Below, one piece after another: positions 10,049 to 20,138 of a stretch of 64,000 bases of DNA. This stretch comes from a bacterium (GTDB lineage Bacteria; Hinthialibacterota; Hinthialibacteria; Hinthialibacterales; Hinthialibacteraceae): assembly GCA_963663405.2 (NCBI GenBank), contig CAXXSM010000106.1, positions 1 to 64,000 on the forward strand. Reading direction: 5' to 3'. Below the pieces are notes generated by a model. That model ran no database searches. It had not been told where the DNA came from and saw only the letters and a program-made list of their open reading frames with translations. A program made the position numbers and the translations under genes. Every line of letters starts with the position of its first letter. Position 1 is the first letter of the stretch.

Positions 10049-10918
10049 ATGCGTAATTTTAGAATGTTTCGAGAAATATTCTTGCTGTTCATAATTCTAT
10101 GCATTGCAGGTTGTGGTGAAAATCAATCTGTTGAGAATCAGTCTGTTGGTGAAGTAACGATAAAGGAAATTACAACGCCATCAGGGATTCAAATGATTGT
10201 TATACCGGCAGGGGAATTTGTCATGGGATCTGATCATGGAGAGGATGATGAAAAACCGGCTCATAAGGTCATACTCACCTCTTTTCATATTGACCAATAC
10301 GAAGTGACACAGAAAGAGTACGAACGGTTGATGGGAAAAAATCCATCAAAAATAAAAAATCCAAATCATCCAGTCGAGCAAGTCCGCTGGTACGATGCGA
10401 TACAATATTGTAATCAGCGATCGATGCGTGACGGGTACGATCCATGCTATAATTTGGAAACAGCGCAGTGTCTTTTCGATGTGAATGGTTATCGATTGCC
10501 GACAGAGGCGGAATGGGAATACGCCTGCAGGGCGGGTACACATACTCTTTATTCTTATGGAAACGATCCGAATCAATTAGCTCAATACGCATGGTATAAA
10601 AACAACGCCAACAAAAAAACGAATCCAGTAGGAAAGAAGAAACCCAATCCCTGGGGGCTTTATGATATGTATGGTAATGTATGGGAATGGTGTAATGATT
10701 ATTACCATGAAACATACGCCAGTAATGATGTAGAAAATCCCAGCGGACCTGATGAAGGAGAAGAATGTGTTTTACGAGGAGGCGCGTGGAACTGTTCAGA
10801 AGAGTCCTGCAGATCATCCAGCCGCTTCAGTGAAACTCCTGGTTTTGCTGACGCCTGTTTCGGCGCCGATACGTATGGTTTTCGGTGCGTCAGAAGACCG
10901 GCCGCCGATGAACAATAA
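10049..10918 (+). CDS. FGE-sulfatase domain lipoprotein (paralogue of 2073-2969)
   Basis: Lipobox IAGC; RLPTEAEWEYACR, GLYDMYGNVWEW, GFRCVR. Confidence 0.9.
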   Translation: MRNFRMFREIFLLFIILCIAGCGENQSVENQSVGEVTIKEITTPSGIQMIVIPAGEFVMGSDHGEDDEKPAHKVILTSFHIDQYEVTQKEYERLMGKNPSKIKNPNHPVEQVRWYDAIQYCNQRSMRDGYDPCYNLETAQCLFDVNGYRLPTEAEWEYACRAGTHTLYSYGNDPNQLAQYAWYKNNANKKTNPVGKKKPNPWGLYDMYGNVWEWCNDYYHETYASNDVENPSGPDEGEECVLRGGAWNCSEESCRSSSRFSETPGFADACFGADTYGFRCVRRPAADEQ

Positions 10919-10944
10919 AAGGCACAGTACAGAAGGAGAAAATC

Positions 10945-12303
10945 ATGAGTGAAAAAACAAAAGATTTTCCTACGCAATCCAAACGAAGGATGTTTATTCG
11001 TAACACAGCCGGACTTGCTGGTTTATCTGCGCTCGGAATGCCAGCCTTCGCCTCGGATTCTACAAAAAAACTCGCTCTTTTAGGGGGGGCGCCGGTCCGC
11101 GACACCTCGTTTCCATCGTGGCCGGTTGTTAAAGAAGAGGACCATGAGACCTGGATGGATGTGCTGAAAAAGAAATCGTGGAGCCGGTATTACGGTGGCG
11201 AATATGTAAACCGATTTGAACAAGAATATGCGCAAGCATTGGGTGTAAAGAATTGTCTGGCGACGGCAAATGGTACCAATTCTTTGTTAGGCGCATTGAC
11301 CGCATTAGAAATCGGTCCAGGGGATGAAGTGCTAGTTCCTCCATATACATTTATCGCTACAATAAATGTTGTTTTAATGCGTTTTGCGCTGCCGATATTT
11401 GTAGATACCGATCCAGAAACATTTGAAATCGACGCGGATAAAATCGAAGAAAAAATCACGGATCGAACCCGTTGCATTCTCCCCGTTCATTTCGGTGGCA
11501 ATATGGCGAACATGGATAAAATACTCAAGATCGCCAAGAAGCATAATCTTTTCGTGATCGAGGACGCGTGCCAGGCGCATCTTGCCGAATGGAGAGGAAA
11601 GAAATCAGGCACATTGGGCGATTGTGGTTGCTTCAGTTTTCAACTCACAAAAAACCTGAGTTGTGGCGAAGGAGGCGCCATTGTCAGTGACAATACTGAA
11701 CTCATGGACCGGTTGGTCGCGTTTCACAATAACAGCAATGGACGGAAACGGGAACCAGGGCCAGTGTATAAAAAAATAGGCTCAAATATCCGTATGACGG
11801 AATTTCAAGGCGCTGTGTTAGTCCAAGGATTAAAACGATTGGAAGAACAAATGCGCATTCGCGAACAGAACGCCCACTATTTGACCGCGCAATTAAACGA
11901 GATCCCCGGCATCCAAGTGGCGAAAATGTATGAGGGATGCACGCGGCACGCCTATCATGTATATATGATACGGTATAACAAAGAACATTTCGCTGGGATT
12001 CCTCGTTCGAAGTTCCTGCAAGCGTTAAGCGCGGAAGGAATCGGCGGCAGCCGCGTTTATTCTCAATTGAATCTTGAGCCATTTATAGAAGACACATTAC
12101 GATCGAGAACGTATCAAGCCGTTTATTCCAAAGAACGTATCGATCGCTATTTCAAAGAAAATCACTGCCCTGAAAATGATAAGATTTGTCAAGAAACAGC
12201 GGTCGGTTTTTCTCAAAAATATCTGCTGGGAACAAAGAGTGATATGGATCAAATCGCCGAAGCGGTTCGAAAAGTCCAAAAAAACGCCGATCTTCTTGCA
12301 TAA
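10945..12303 (+). CDS. DegT/DnrJ/EryC1/StrS PLP-dependent aminotransferase with Tat signal
   Basis: KRRMF twin-arginine leader ending PAFA; GDEVLVPPYTF, IEDACQAH, SFQLTKNL (PLP Lys), GEGG. Confidence 0.9.
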   Translation: MSEKTKDFPTQSKRRMFIRNTAGLAGLSALGMPAFASDSTKKLALLGGAPVRDTSFPSWPVVKEEDHETWMDVLKKKSWSRYYGGEYVNRFEQEYAQALGVKNCLATANGTNSLLGALTALEIGPGDEVLVPPYTFIATINVVLMRFALPIFVDTDPETFEIDADKIEEKITDRTRCILPVHFGGNMANMDKILKIAKKHNLFVIEDACQAHLAEWRGKKSGTLGDCGCFSFQLTKNLSCGEGGAIVSDNTELMDRLVAFHNNSNGRKREPGPVYKKIGSNIRMTEFQGAVLVQGLKRLEEQMRIREQNAHYLTAQLNEIPGIQVAKMYEGCTRHAYHVYMIRYNKEHFAGIPRSKFLQALSAEGIGGSRVYSQLNLEPFIEDTLRSRTYQAVYSKERIDRYFKENHCPENDKICQETAVGFSQKYLLGTKSDMDQIAEAVRKVQKNADLLA

Positions 12304-12467
12304 TCTTCTGCCGTAGGTATTCCGTATCCCAGAGAAAGTACTTTTTTAGTATAAACGTTTCTGAAAATCCTGCAAAATATTTATCAATACATAATTATTG
12401 AATCTTAATTTTAGTACTATCGTACTATACTCAAAAATACACTGTTGTGTCAGTAAGGAGAGAGTCA

Positions 12468-13853
12468 ATGATTGAGTTTCCGGATGGATTTATCTGGGGA
12501 TCGGCCACATCGAGTTACCAGATTGAAGGCGCCTGGTTGGAGGGAGGGAAAGGCTTATCCGTCTGGGACGCGTTCGTCCATACTCCTGGAAAAATCTTAA
12601 ATGGTGAAACGGGGGATGTATCAAGCGATCACTATCATAGATTCAAAGAGGATGCCGCCCGGATGGGGGAGATGGGATTGAAAGCGTACCGGTTTTCTAT
12701 CTCATGGCCTCGTATCCAGCCTACGGGCCGGGGCGAGGCCAATCCAGAAGGCGTTCAATTCTATTCAAATCTGATTGACGCGCTGCTCGAAAACGGCGTG
12801 ACTCCCTGGGCTACGCTCCATCATTGGGATATGCCCATAACGCTGCAGATGGAACTTGATGGTTGGCTTAATCCTGCTATGGCGGATTATTTTAAAGAGT
12901 TCGCTGTAATTTGTTTCGATCGATTCGGAGACCGGGTTAAGCATTGGATTACCTTGAATGAACCGTGGGTCACCTCGATTCTTGGTTATGGGCAGGGCTA
13001 TTTCGCGCCGGGCCGCGTGTCCAACATAGAACCCTACCAAGCGGCGCATCAGATGCTGCGCGCTCACGGTTTAACGGTTGACGCCTACCGCCGATCCTTC
13101 CAAGACCGGCAAAAAGGAGTGATTGGTATCGCGAATAATTGTGATTGGAGAGAACCGAAAACAGATGCGGAAAAAGACCAACAAGCGGCCCAACGAGCGT
13201 TGGAATTTTTCCTGGGCTGGTTCGCCGATCCGATCCATTTGGGTGAATATCCATCCACAATGCAGGAACGAGTTGGGGAACGCTTGCCAGAATTCACGGA
13301 TGCAGACAAGGCTCTTATCCAAGGTTCGGCGGATTATTTTGGATTGAATCATTATACCACCCAATACGCTTCTCACGCCGATAAGGGAGGAATCCTGGAT
13401 GATGATGTACACAGCAACAGTGGTCTATTAGTGGACCAGGGTCTCATCCTATCCGCAGATGAATCATGGGAGAAAACGGATATGGGATGGAGCATAGTCC
13501 CTTGGGGGTGCCGGAAATTATTGGAATGGGTTGATGAACGATACGGTCATCCGGAGATCATATTAACTGAAAATGGGTGCGCGGCGAAAGATGAAATGGT
13601 CAATGGTGAAGTGAATGACCATGACCGGATCGATTTTCTGAAAGAATATATGACGGAGTGTCATCAAGCCATCTCCAATGGAGTGAAACTCAAGGGATAT
13701 TTCGTCTGGTCGTTTTTAGATAACTTTGAATGGGCCTTAGGATATTCAAAGCGTTTTGGACTGCATTATGTCGATTACCCAACTGGTAAAAGAATTCCTA
13801 AAGCGTCGTCTAAATGGTATAAGAATGTGATCCAAAAGAATGGCTTTGAATGA
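12468..13853 (+). CDS. Beta-glucosidase, glycoside hydrolase family 1
   Basis: FPDGFIWGSATSSYQIEG, TLNEP (acid/base), LTENG (nucleophile), DNFEW. AAGGAG RBS before ATG 12468. Confidence 0.96.
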   Translation: MIEFPDGFIWGSATSSYQIEGAWLEGGKGLSVWDAFVHTPGKILNGETGDVSSDHYHRFKEDAARMGEMGLKAYRFSISWPRIQPTGRGEANPEGVQFYSNLIDALLENGVTPWATLHHWDMPITLQMELDGWLNPAMADYFKEFAVICFDRFGDRVKHWITLNEPWVTSILGYGQGYFAPGRVSNIEPYQAAHQMLRAHGLTVDAYRRSFQDRQKGVIGIANNCDWREPKTDAEKDQQAAQRALEFFLGWFADPIHLGEYPSTMQERVGERLPEFTDADKALIQGSADYFGLNHYTTQYASHADKGGILDDDVHSNSGLLVDQGLILSADESWEKTDMGWSIVPWGCRKLLEWVDERYGHPEIILTENGCAAKDEMVNGEVNDHDRIDFLKEYMTECHQAISNGVKLKGYFVWSFLDNFEWALGYSKRFGLHYVDYPTGKRIPKASSKWYKNVIQKNGFE

Positions 13854-13907
13854 TATGTGAATTACCATTCCTAACACTAATTCAAATGTAAGCAAGAGGA
13901 TGTTTTA

Positions 13908-15335
13908 ATGATGAATCCATTCACACGCCGTCAGTTTATGGGAACACTGGGAACGGGGATGGCATTGTCTTCCTTGCCGCGTTTAGGCGCCGCAGGAGAG
14001 CAATCCCAAAAACCGAACGTACTGCTTATCCTCGTGGACGATCTGGGGAAAGAATGGATCGGTTGTTATGGCGCGGAAGGAATTGAAACGCCCAATATTG
14101 ACGCGCTTGCGAAAGATGGAATCCAGTTCCGTAACGCGTATTCCATGCCGCAATGCACCCCCACCCGCGTCACTCTCCTTACGGGGCGATATCCCTGGCG
14201 GACAGGATGGGTGAATCATTGGGATGTGCCCCGTTGGGGGGTGGGGTATTTTGATTGGAAACACAATCTGTGTGTCGCCCGTACGCTGCGGCAGGCCGGC
14301 TATAAAACAGCCGCCGCCGGAAAATGGCAGATCAATGATTTCCGTCTTGAACCACAGGTCATGGACAAACATGGTTTTGATGATTGGTGTCTATGGACAG
14401 GATATGAAACAGGCGTCCCCGCAAGCGCGGAACGCTATTGGGATCCATATGTCAATACACCGGAAGGCAGTCGAACGCTAACCGGCCGGTTTGGCGCGGA
14501 TGTTTTTACAAACCGCTTAATCGATTTCATGAAAACACACCGGCGCGATCCCATGTTTCTCTATTTTCCAATGGCTCTCACACATGGCCCTTTAACCCAT
14601 ACGCCGGATCATCCAAACGCGTCCGGAAAAATGGAGCGGTTCCGGGCGATGGTACAGTATACGGATGTCTGTGTGGGGCGTTTGGTAAATACGTTGGATA
14701 CGTTGGGGATTCGGGATCGTACAATCATTATATTCACAACCGATAATGGAACAGACCGTTCGATCGAGGGAAAAAGAAACGGTATGCGTGTCCAAGGCGG
14801 AAAAGCGAAGAAAACCGAAAATGGGATTTGCGCGCCGTTTATTGTGAATTGTCCAGGACTCGTTCCACAAGGATTGGTCTCGGATGAATTGACGGATTTT
14901 ACCGATTTAGCGCCTACCTTTGCCGAATTGGCGGGAACGAAGATGCCGGATGAAATTGAAATCGATGGCGTATCCATCGCGCCGTTTCTTTTAGGTAAAA
15001 CTAACGAAACCAAGCGGGATTGGATCTTGGCAATGGGACATGGCCCTGCGGTGAGAGATGAAGAAGGGATTCGGGGTGTACATCCGTACGCTTCACGAGT
15101 CATCCGGGATAAACGATTCAAAGTATGGGTGAATGAACAACGACGGATCGATCAACTTTTCGATTTAATTGAAGATCCACTTGAAAAAAACAATCTCATA
15201 TCCAGCGCCGATCCAAACCATAAGAAGGCAATACAAAAATTTCAAGCGGTTGTTGACACGATACCTACGAATGACGCGAGACCGAAATACGATCAACGGG
15301 CGCCTAATCCTTGGGATAAGAAACTGGATGTTTGA
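13908..15335 (+). CDS. Arylsulfatase-family sulfatase, Tat-exported
   Basis: TRRQF leader; PNVLLILVDDLG, CTPTR...LLTG formylglycine motif, GKW, TDNG. Confidence 0.93.
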   Translation: MMNPFTRRQFMGTLGTGMALSSLPRLGAAGEQSQKPNVLLILVDDLGKEWIGCYGAEGIETPNIDALAKDGIQFRNAYSMPQCTPTRVTLLTGRYPWRTGWVNHWDVPRWGVGYFDWKHNLCVARTLRQAGYKTAAAGKWQINDFRLEPQVMDKHGFDDWCLWTGYETGVPASAERYWDPYVNTPEGSRTLTGRFGADVFTNRLIDFMKTHRRDPMFLYFPMALTHGPLTHTPDHPNASGKMERFRAMVQYTDVCVGRLVNTLDTLGIRDRTIIIFTTDNGTDRSIEGKRNGMRVQGGKAKKTENGICAPFIVNCPGLVPQGLVSDELTDFTDLAPTFAELAGTKMPDEIEIDGVSIAPFLLGKTNETKRDWILAMGHGPAVRDEEGIRGVHPYASRVIRDKRFKVWVNEQRRIDQLFDLIEDPLEKNNLISSADPNHKKAIQKFQAVVDTIPTNDARPKYDQRAPNPWDKKLDV

Positions 15336-15376
15336 ACAAACGTAGAGAAATGAATTGATCTGGATTATCTCTATTC

Positions 15377-16567
15377 GGTAATGTCCCTTCATAGTTGACA
15401 ATAAATTATAGTGAGTATAATATTACCTTCAAGAAGAAAACTTTCTTGGAGGTGAGTTATGACAGCCTTGACGAATGTGTTTTGCCCAAACAAGGATTGT
15501 AAAGATTACGGATTGAGAAATCAAAATAACATCGGGACGCGTGGAATGTATGGGAAAGACAAAACAAGGACTCTTCTCTATTGTCGGACTTGCGGCCATC
15601 GCTTCGCGGAAACCAAGTGTACGGCTTTTTTTGGACTTCATCTCCCCGGTGAAACGATTCAACAGATTATTCACCATGCGGCGGAAGGAGTCAGCGTTCG
15701 CGGAACCGCTCGATTACTGAATCTTGATAAAGACACAGTGAACCGAGTCATCCTTCGCGCCGGTGAACACTGTGCTTTGGTTTTATCCAATTTACTCCAT
15801 TCCCTCCAGATGACCGAGGTCCAACTGGACGAACTCTGGACCTTTGTAAAAAAAAGAAAAGTGTTAGCGAAGAAGAATTGGAAAAGGAGTATGGGCGGAC
15901 ATGGATCTGGACGGCCATTGATAGCACAACCCGATTAATCATCACGTTTCTCATTGGAGATCGGACGCTGGAAGACGCACACAGTTTTTTAAAAGACTTG
16001 ATTTCACGAATGAACGAGAAACCCTTATTTGTGTCGGATGAACTCCCCCATTACGAGAATGGACTCGAAGAGATGTTTCACACGCTGATTCAGCCGGAAC
16101 CGACGGGGCAGCGAGGCCGCCCCAAAAATCCGGAGAAAATTGTCCATGAAGATTTGGATTACGCAACCGTTCATAAGACCCGAAAAAATGGGTGTATAGT
16201 GAACGTTGAAACCAAAGTGGTTTTTGGCTCGGAGAGCCGGATTGCCAATCGGTTGGAAAGTACACCAAGTAACACAGTAAATACATCTTTCGTTGAACGA
16301 TCGAACTTGAATTGGCGATTATGGGACGCCCATTTGAGACGGCAATCGACGACATTCGCCAAATCCATACGCTGGTTAAAAGCCAAATTTTCATTGGTGG
16401 TCGCTTGTTACAATTTCATCCGGCCCCATGAGACTTTGAGTCGGCAGAGCGATCGATCATTTACTCCTAAAACGCCAGCGATGGCTGCTGAATTGACCGA
16501 TCATCCATGGTCACTCGCTGAATTGTTATGGTTCCCATCAATATGTCAATAATTTGGGGACATCACC
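15377..16567 (+). mobile_element. Complete IS1-family insertion sequence (1191 bp)
   Basis: Imperfect terminal IRs GGTAATGTCCCTTCATAGTTGACA and reverse complement GGTGATGTCCCCAAATTATTGACA; 8-bp TSD CTCTATTC at 15369-15376 and 16568-16575. Confidence 0.93.
15459..16552 (+). CDS. IS1-family transposase, InsA (Zn-finger/HTH) fused to InsB (DDE) by -1 programmed frameshift
   Basis: CPNKDC...CRTC; DELWTFVKK followed by A8G slippery run at 15848-15856. The -1 frame gives ...GRTWIWTAID...VSDELPHY...NTSFVER. Confidence 0.9.
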
Positions 16568-16787
16568 CTCTATTCAGTCTCGTCAATATTGGTTTATCTG
16601 TGCTTGTTTAGATGCTGTATCTAAACCATTCGAACCGCTAAATCTACTAAACCTTCCCTTTAATAATAGCGTTTATTGATATGCTTATTACAAAACCAGT
16701 TTAGTGAGTTTACAACACTAATAAACGTGCAAGTATTGTTTTTATTCGATGTACCTGGATGTAAAGGGGAGAAAGGATTTTTCTATT

Positions 16788-18215
16788 ATGGAGCCGTTTT
16801 TGAAATGGTTAAAAAAAAGGAAATATCGAATTGGGGGGATCCTTCTTTTGATCGTATTACTCTGGCTGCCCTATCTCTGGGGGGGAATGGTCTATCGATC
16901 GGCGATTCAAAACGCGAAGGCCAAAGGCTTTATTTTTGATCTCAACCAGTTCGCGCCAGCGAGTATTTCAGATGATGAAAACGCGTCTCCCTTTTTGACT
17001 GGCGCAGGGATGATTCTATCGACGTTATTGGAAAGCGGAAATGTAAACGGCTCGATCGACAAACAATTGTCATCTAAGTTAGAGAGTTTTGCAAATGCGC
17101 CATCTCTACTACTTTCGGAGGACGAATTGGATGAATATAAAAACTGTCTCAATCTTTTTAGCGGGGTTATTAAACAAGTTAATGACGCGCTTGAATGCAA
17201 TCACGCGAATTTCTATAAGAACAATGAAACCATATCTATTCATAGTGACGTTCCAAATTATTTACACCGGAAAAGAATCGCTCAAATTTTGCGTTTGCAA
17301 TGCGCGGCCGCATTGAATGAGGGGGAGCCTGAACAAGCGTATCAACATGTGAAAAACATGATCCGTTTTAGCCGTTTGTGCATGGAAGAGAGCCCGTTTC
17401 TTATCGGCATTTTAATCGGCCTCTCTAATTTTCAACTTGCGTGTGAAACACTTCATCAACTGGAATGCCTTCATCCACCTGCAAAGGATGATCGGAATGC
17501 GATCATGGAGGAAATCGAAGCGTTACAACTCTATGAGCGAATTATCCAATGCCTGAATCTGGAAGGCATTCTTTCAAAAAATGCTTTTGATGATTTTCTC
17601 GCTGGCGCGCCGGGATTTTTCGGGGATTGGGAACGAAGGGAAAAAAGAAGTTACTTAGATGGCTATATTGAATCGATCACATTCGGTGAAATGGAGAATG
17701 TTATTGAATTGGAGGATTTCATATATCGATATCCAGGCCGTTTTTGGATCCGTGTGAATCAGGGAATGTTGATTAACTATTATTCCACAGCTGTGGAATT
17801 GTTACATCGGCCTTCCTGTGAAATTAAAGAGACATTACAAGATTATTATGAACAATCAGCCCAGTCAGAGCTCACAAAGTATATGAAACCGAACTTCATG
17901 GGGATCATGCTCAGAAGAGACCGGGCGGTTGTTGATATCGATTTTATCCGTCTTTCTTTCGCGTTGCAGAATTATAAAGAGGAGAATGGCGAGTATCCGG
18001 AAAGCCTTTCTGCATTGCAAAGCGAATTCAACGGAGATCTTCCGATTGATCCGTTCCGTGGGGAACCTTATCAGTATTCCCGCCTGGAAAACGGTTATCA
18101 GATATACAGCTGGGGAGGGAATTTTAAGGACGATGGCGGAACAAATCCCAAATCTGATTGGAAAGAAGAAGGCGATCTCGTTTGGACAATCATTGAAAAT
18201 CAAGCGCTGGAGTAA
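16788..18215 (+). CDS. Membrane-anchored hypothetical protein with C-terminal GspG/pseudopilin-like segment
   Basis: N-terminal TM; C-terminal ALQNYKEENGEYPESLSAL...LPIDPFRGEPYQY...IYSWGGNFKDDGG. Confidence 0.65.
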   Translation: MEPFLKWLKKRKYRIGGILLLIVLLWLPYLWGGMVYRSAIQNAKAKGFIFDLNQFAPASISDDENASPFLTGAGMILSTLLESGNVNGSIDKQLSSKLESFANAPSLLLSEDELDEYKNCLNLFSGVIKQVNDALECNHANFYKNNETISIHSDVPNYLHRKRIAQILRLQCAAALNEGEPEQAYQHVKNMIRFSRLCMEESPFLIGILIGLSNFQLACETLHQLECLHPPAKDDRNAIMEEIEALQLYERIIQCLNLEGILSKNAFDDFLAGAPGFFGDWERREKRSYLDGYIESITFGEMENVIELEDFIYRYPGRFWIRVNQGMLINYYSTAVELLHRPSCEIKETLQDYYEQSAQSELTKYMKPNFMGIMLRRDRAVVDIDFIRLSFALQNYKEENGEYPESLSALQSEFNGDLPIDPFRGEPYQYSRLENGYQIYSWGGNFKDDGGTNPKSDWKEEGDLVWTIIENQALE

Positions 18216-19705
18216 TAATAGGTGAAGGGAAGGGGATTAATCGTTTTCTGTTGCGGGGGGTCGCCAATTTCTTATAAAATGCCCGTAATTTCTCTTGATC
18301 GGGGGGACGTGTTACAAGGCTGCCAAGAATCCCCATTCCGAATCCCGCTGAGAGATAGTAAAGATACTCCCATTGCAATGGTGTATCGGGGTAAAACCGA
18401 TGGATTATAATATCCACCCCTAACGCCGCAATGGAACTCATCCATGCGCCAAACGCGTTCGTCCGGCGCCAACAGATTCCCAACCAGAACGCGATTCCCA
18501 CAATCGCGTTCGCCCGCCAGAATATCTCCAATCCTGTTTTCGCATCAGGGATTAGAGACGCGAATAAGAGGCCTAAAAAGATGATTAACACCGCCACGAT
18601 CCGGCCCATCATCAGATAATGTTTCTCACTCTGTTTTTTTTCGCAGGAATTTGGCGTAAATATGATTTGTAAACAGAGCCGATCCCGAAACCATGAACGC
18701 GTCGCAGGTTGACATTACAGCGGCGAGGATTGAAATCAGCATCAATCCACGAAAGCCCACCGGTAATAAGTCGGTTACAGCGTGACCGAATGCCCGTTCC
18801 GGTTCTCCTCCAAGGTCTTCCAACGAATACATCGCCACGCAGCCGATCCCAATGAAAGCCCATGCGACCGTGCAGAAGCGTTTAATGAAGTTCCCGAAAC
18901 ACTGACCGACCCGGCTGTCCATTTCCGTCTTTCCCGATCCGACGACCAGCATGTTGTGCGGTTGCACAACAATACCCACCAGACCATTGAAACTAACGAT
19001 GATAATCCAGAAGAGTGTTAATCCCTTGGTTCCCTCCGCCGCGACCAGGCTGAACATCTCTGGATCGAGTTTTTCATGAAGACTGTGCATACCGCCGACT
19101 TCATAGAGCATAAATGGGATCAGTAGAAATGAGAGAACGACGGTAAGAATCCCCTGGATCGCGTCCGTCAGCGCCGCCGCGAGAAGCCCACCAAGCACGC
19201 CATAGAAGACTAGCATCAACACGAGAAAGAACCATGTGTACTCCGCCTGGATCGCGCCTTTAGTCATTCCTTCGAATGTAATTCCCGTCGCTTGCAGCAT
19301 GATTCCCGTATCGATGATCAAAATCACAATACCGACACATGCGTAATACACACTGAATCCATTGGAAAAGCGCTCTTGAAAGAAATCCGCGCAGGTGACA
19401 CAGCGCAGACGCCGGATAATAGGAGCGATCATCCAATAAAAGGGTGTGCAGAACATCCACAACCACTGATACCAGATTCCCGAAAGACCCACTTGATACG
19501 TTTTTCCAGCGACGATGACCGCCTGGTCGGTGTGAGTGCCCGAACCGAAGTTGATCATCATTTGCAGGAATTTATTTAGGCTTCGACCCGCGAGAAAAAA
19601 ATCATTCTGGTCGTTTATCTTGCGTAGGCTCCACAAACCGATCCCAACGACTGCGAGCAAATACAACACGACAATGGCAATATCTATAGGATGTAAGGAT
19701 AACAC
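18190..19705 (-). CDS. Sodium:solute symporter family protein (frameshift in T run at ~18634-18641)
   Basis: DIAIVVLY...DFFLAGRSL, GGLLAAALTDAIQG, ILAAVMST; continues as GRIVAVL in the 18190-18612 frame. Confidence 0.88.
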
Positions 19706-19715
19706 GTTTCACCTC

Positions 19716-19973
19716 TCAAGAACCGATGCGGGAAATCAACCACGTTGCCAGTACGATTAAAAACGCGAACGCCAATGAGCCAAAAAAACCAATCAGATCG
19801 ACCTTGTATCGTGAGAAGAAGTTACGGAAATCCAAATGGAGGAGATCAACTAAGATCAAGCCTGTGTAGATTTGCACGTTGCTTTCTTCCGTATTTTTAG
19901 GCTTTTTTGTTGCGGATTGATCCACTGGATTTTCTTGGGAATGGACGCTGTTATCGTTCTGTTTTTTCATCAT
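19716..19973 (-). CDS. Small membrane protein, possible symporter accessory subunit
   Basis: GGGGAG RBS, C-terminal TM helix, ends 10 bp before the symporter start. Confidence 0.55.
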   Translation of the reverse strand: MMKKQNDNSVHSQENPVDQSATKKPKNTEESNVQIYTGLILVDLLHLDFRNFFSRYKVDLIGFFGSLAFAFLIVLATWLISRIGS

Positions 19974-20138
19974 CGTTTTCTCCCCAATAGATAATGATTT
20001 TCGACAGAATACCAAAATACATAGTAAAAGAAAGGGGCTGCGATCATAATTTAGAACATCTCTGTTTTTTGACCTCCCGCAATTTATAAGGGAAGAATAG
20101 AGTATAATTATTGTTTTCTACACTTTTCGAGGTACGTA

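Noticed and set aside
2073-10918. Diversity-generating retroelement targeting the FGE/CLec-fold genes
   Set aside because: No reverse transcriptase and no adenine-specific TR/VR pair; the two genes are ordinary diverged paralogues.
175-15121. Numerous 60-180 aa antisense or alternative-frame ORFs
   Set aside because: Shadow ORFs of clear genes, with no motifs or RBS.
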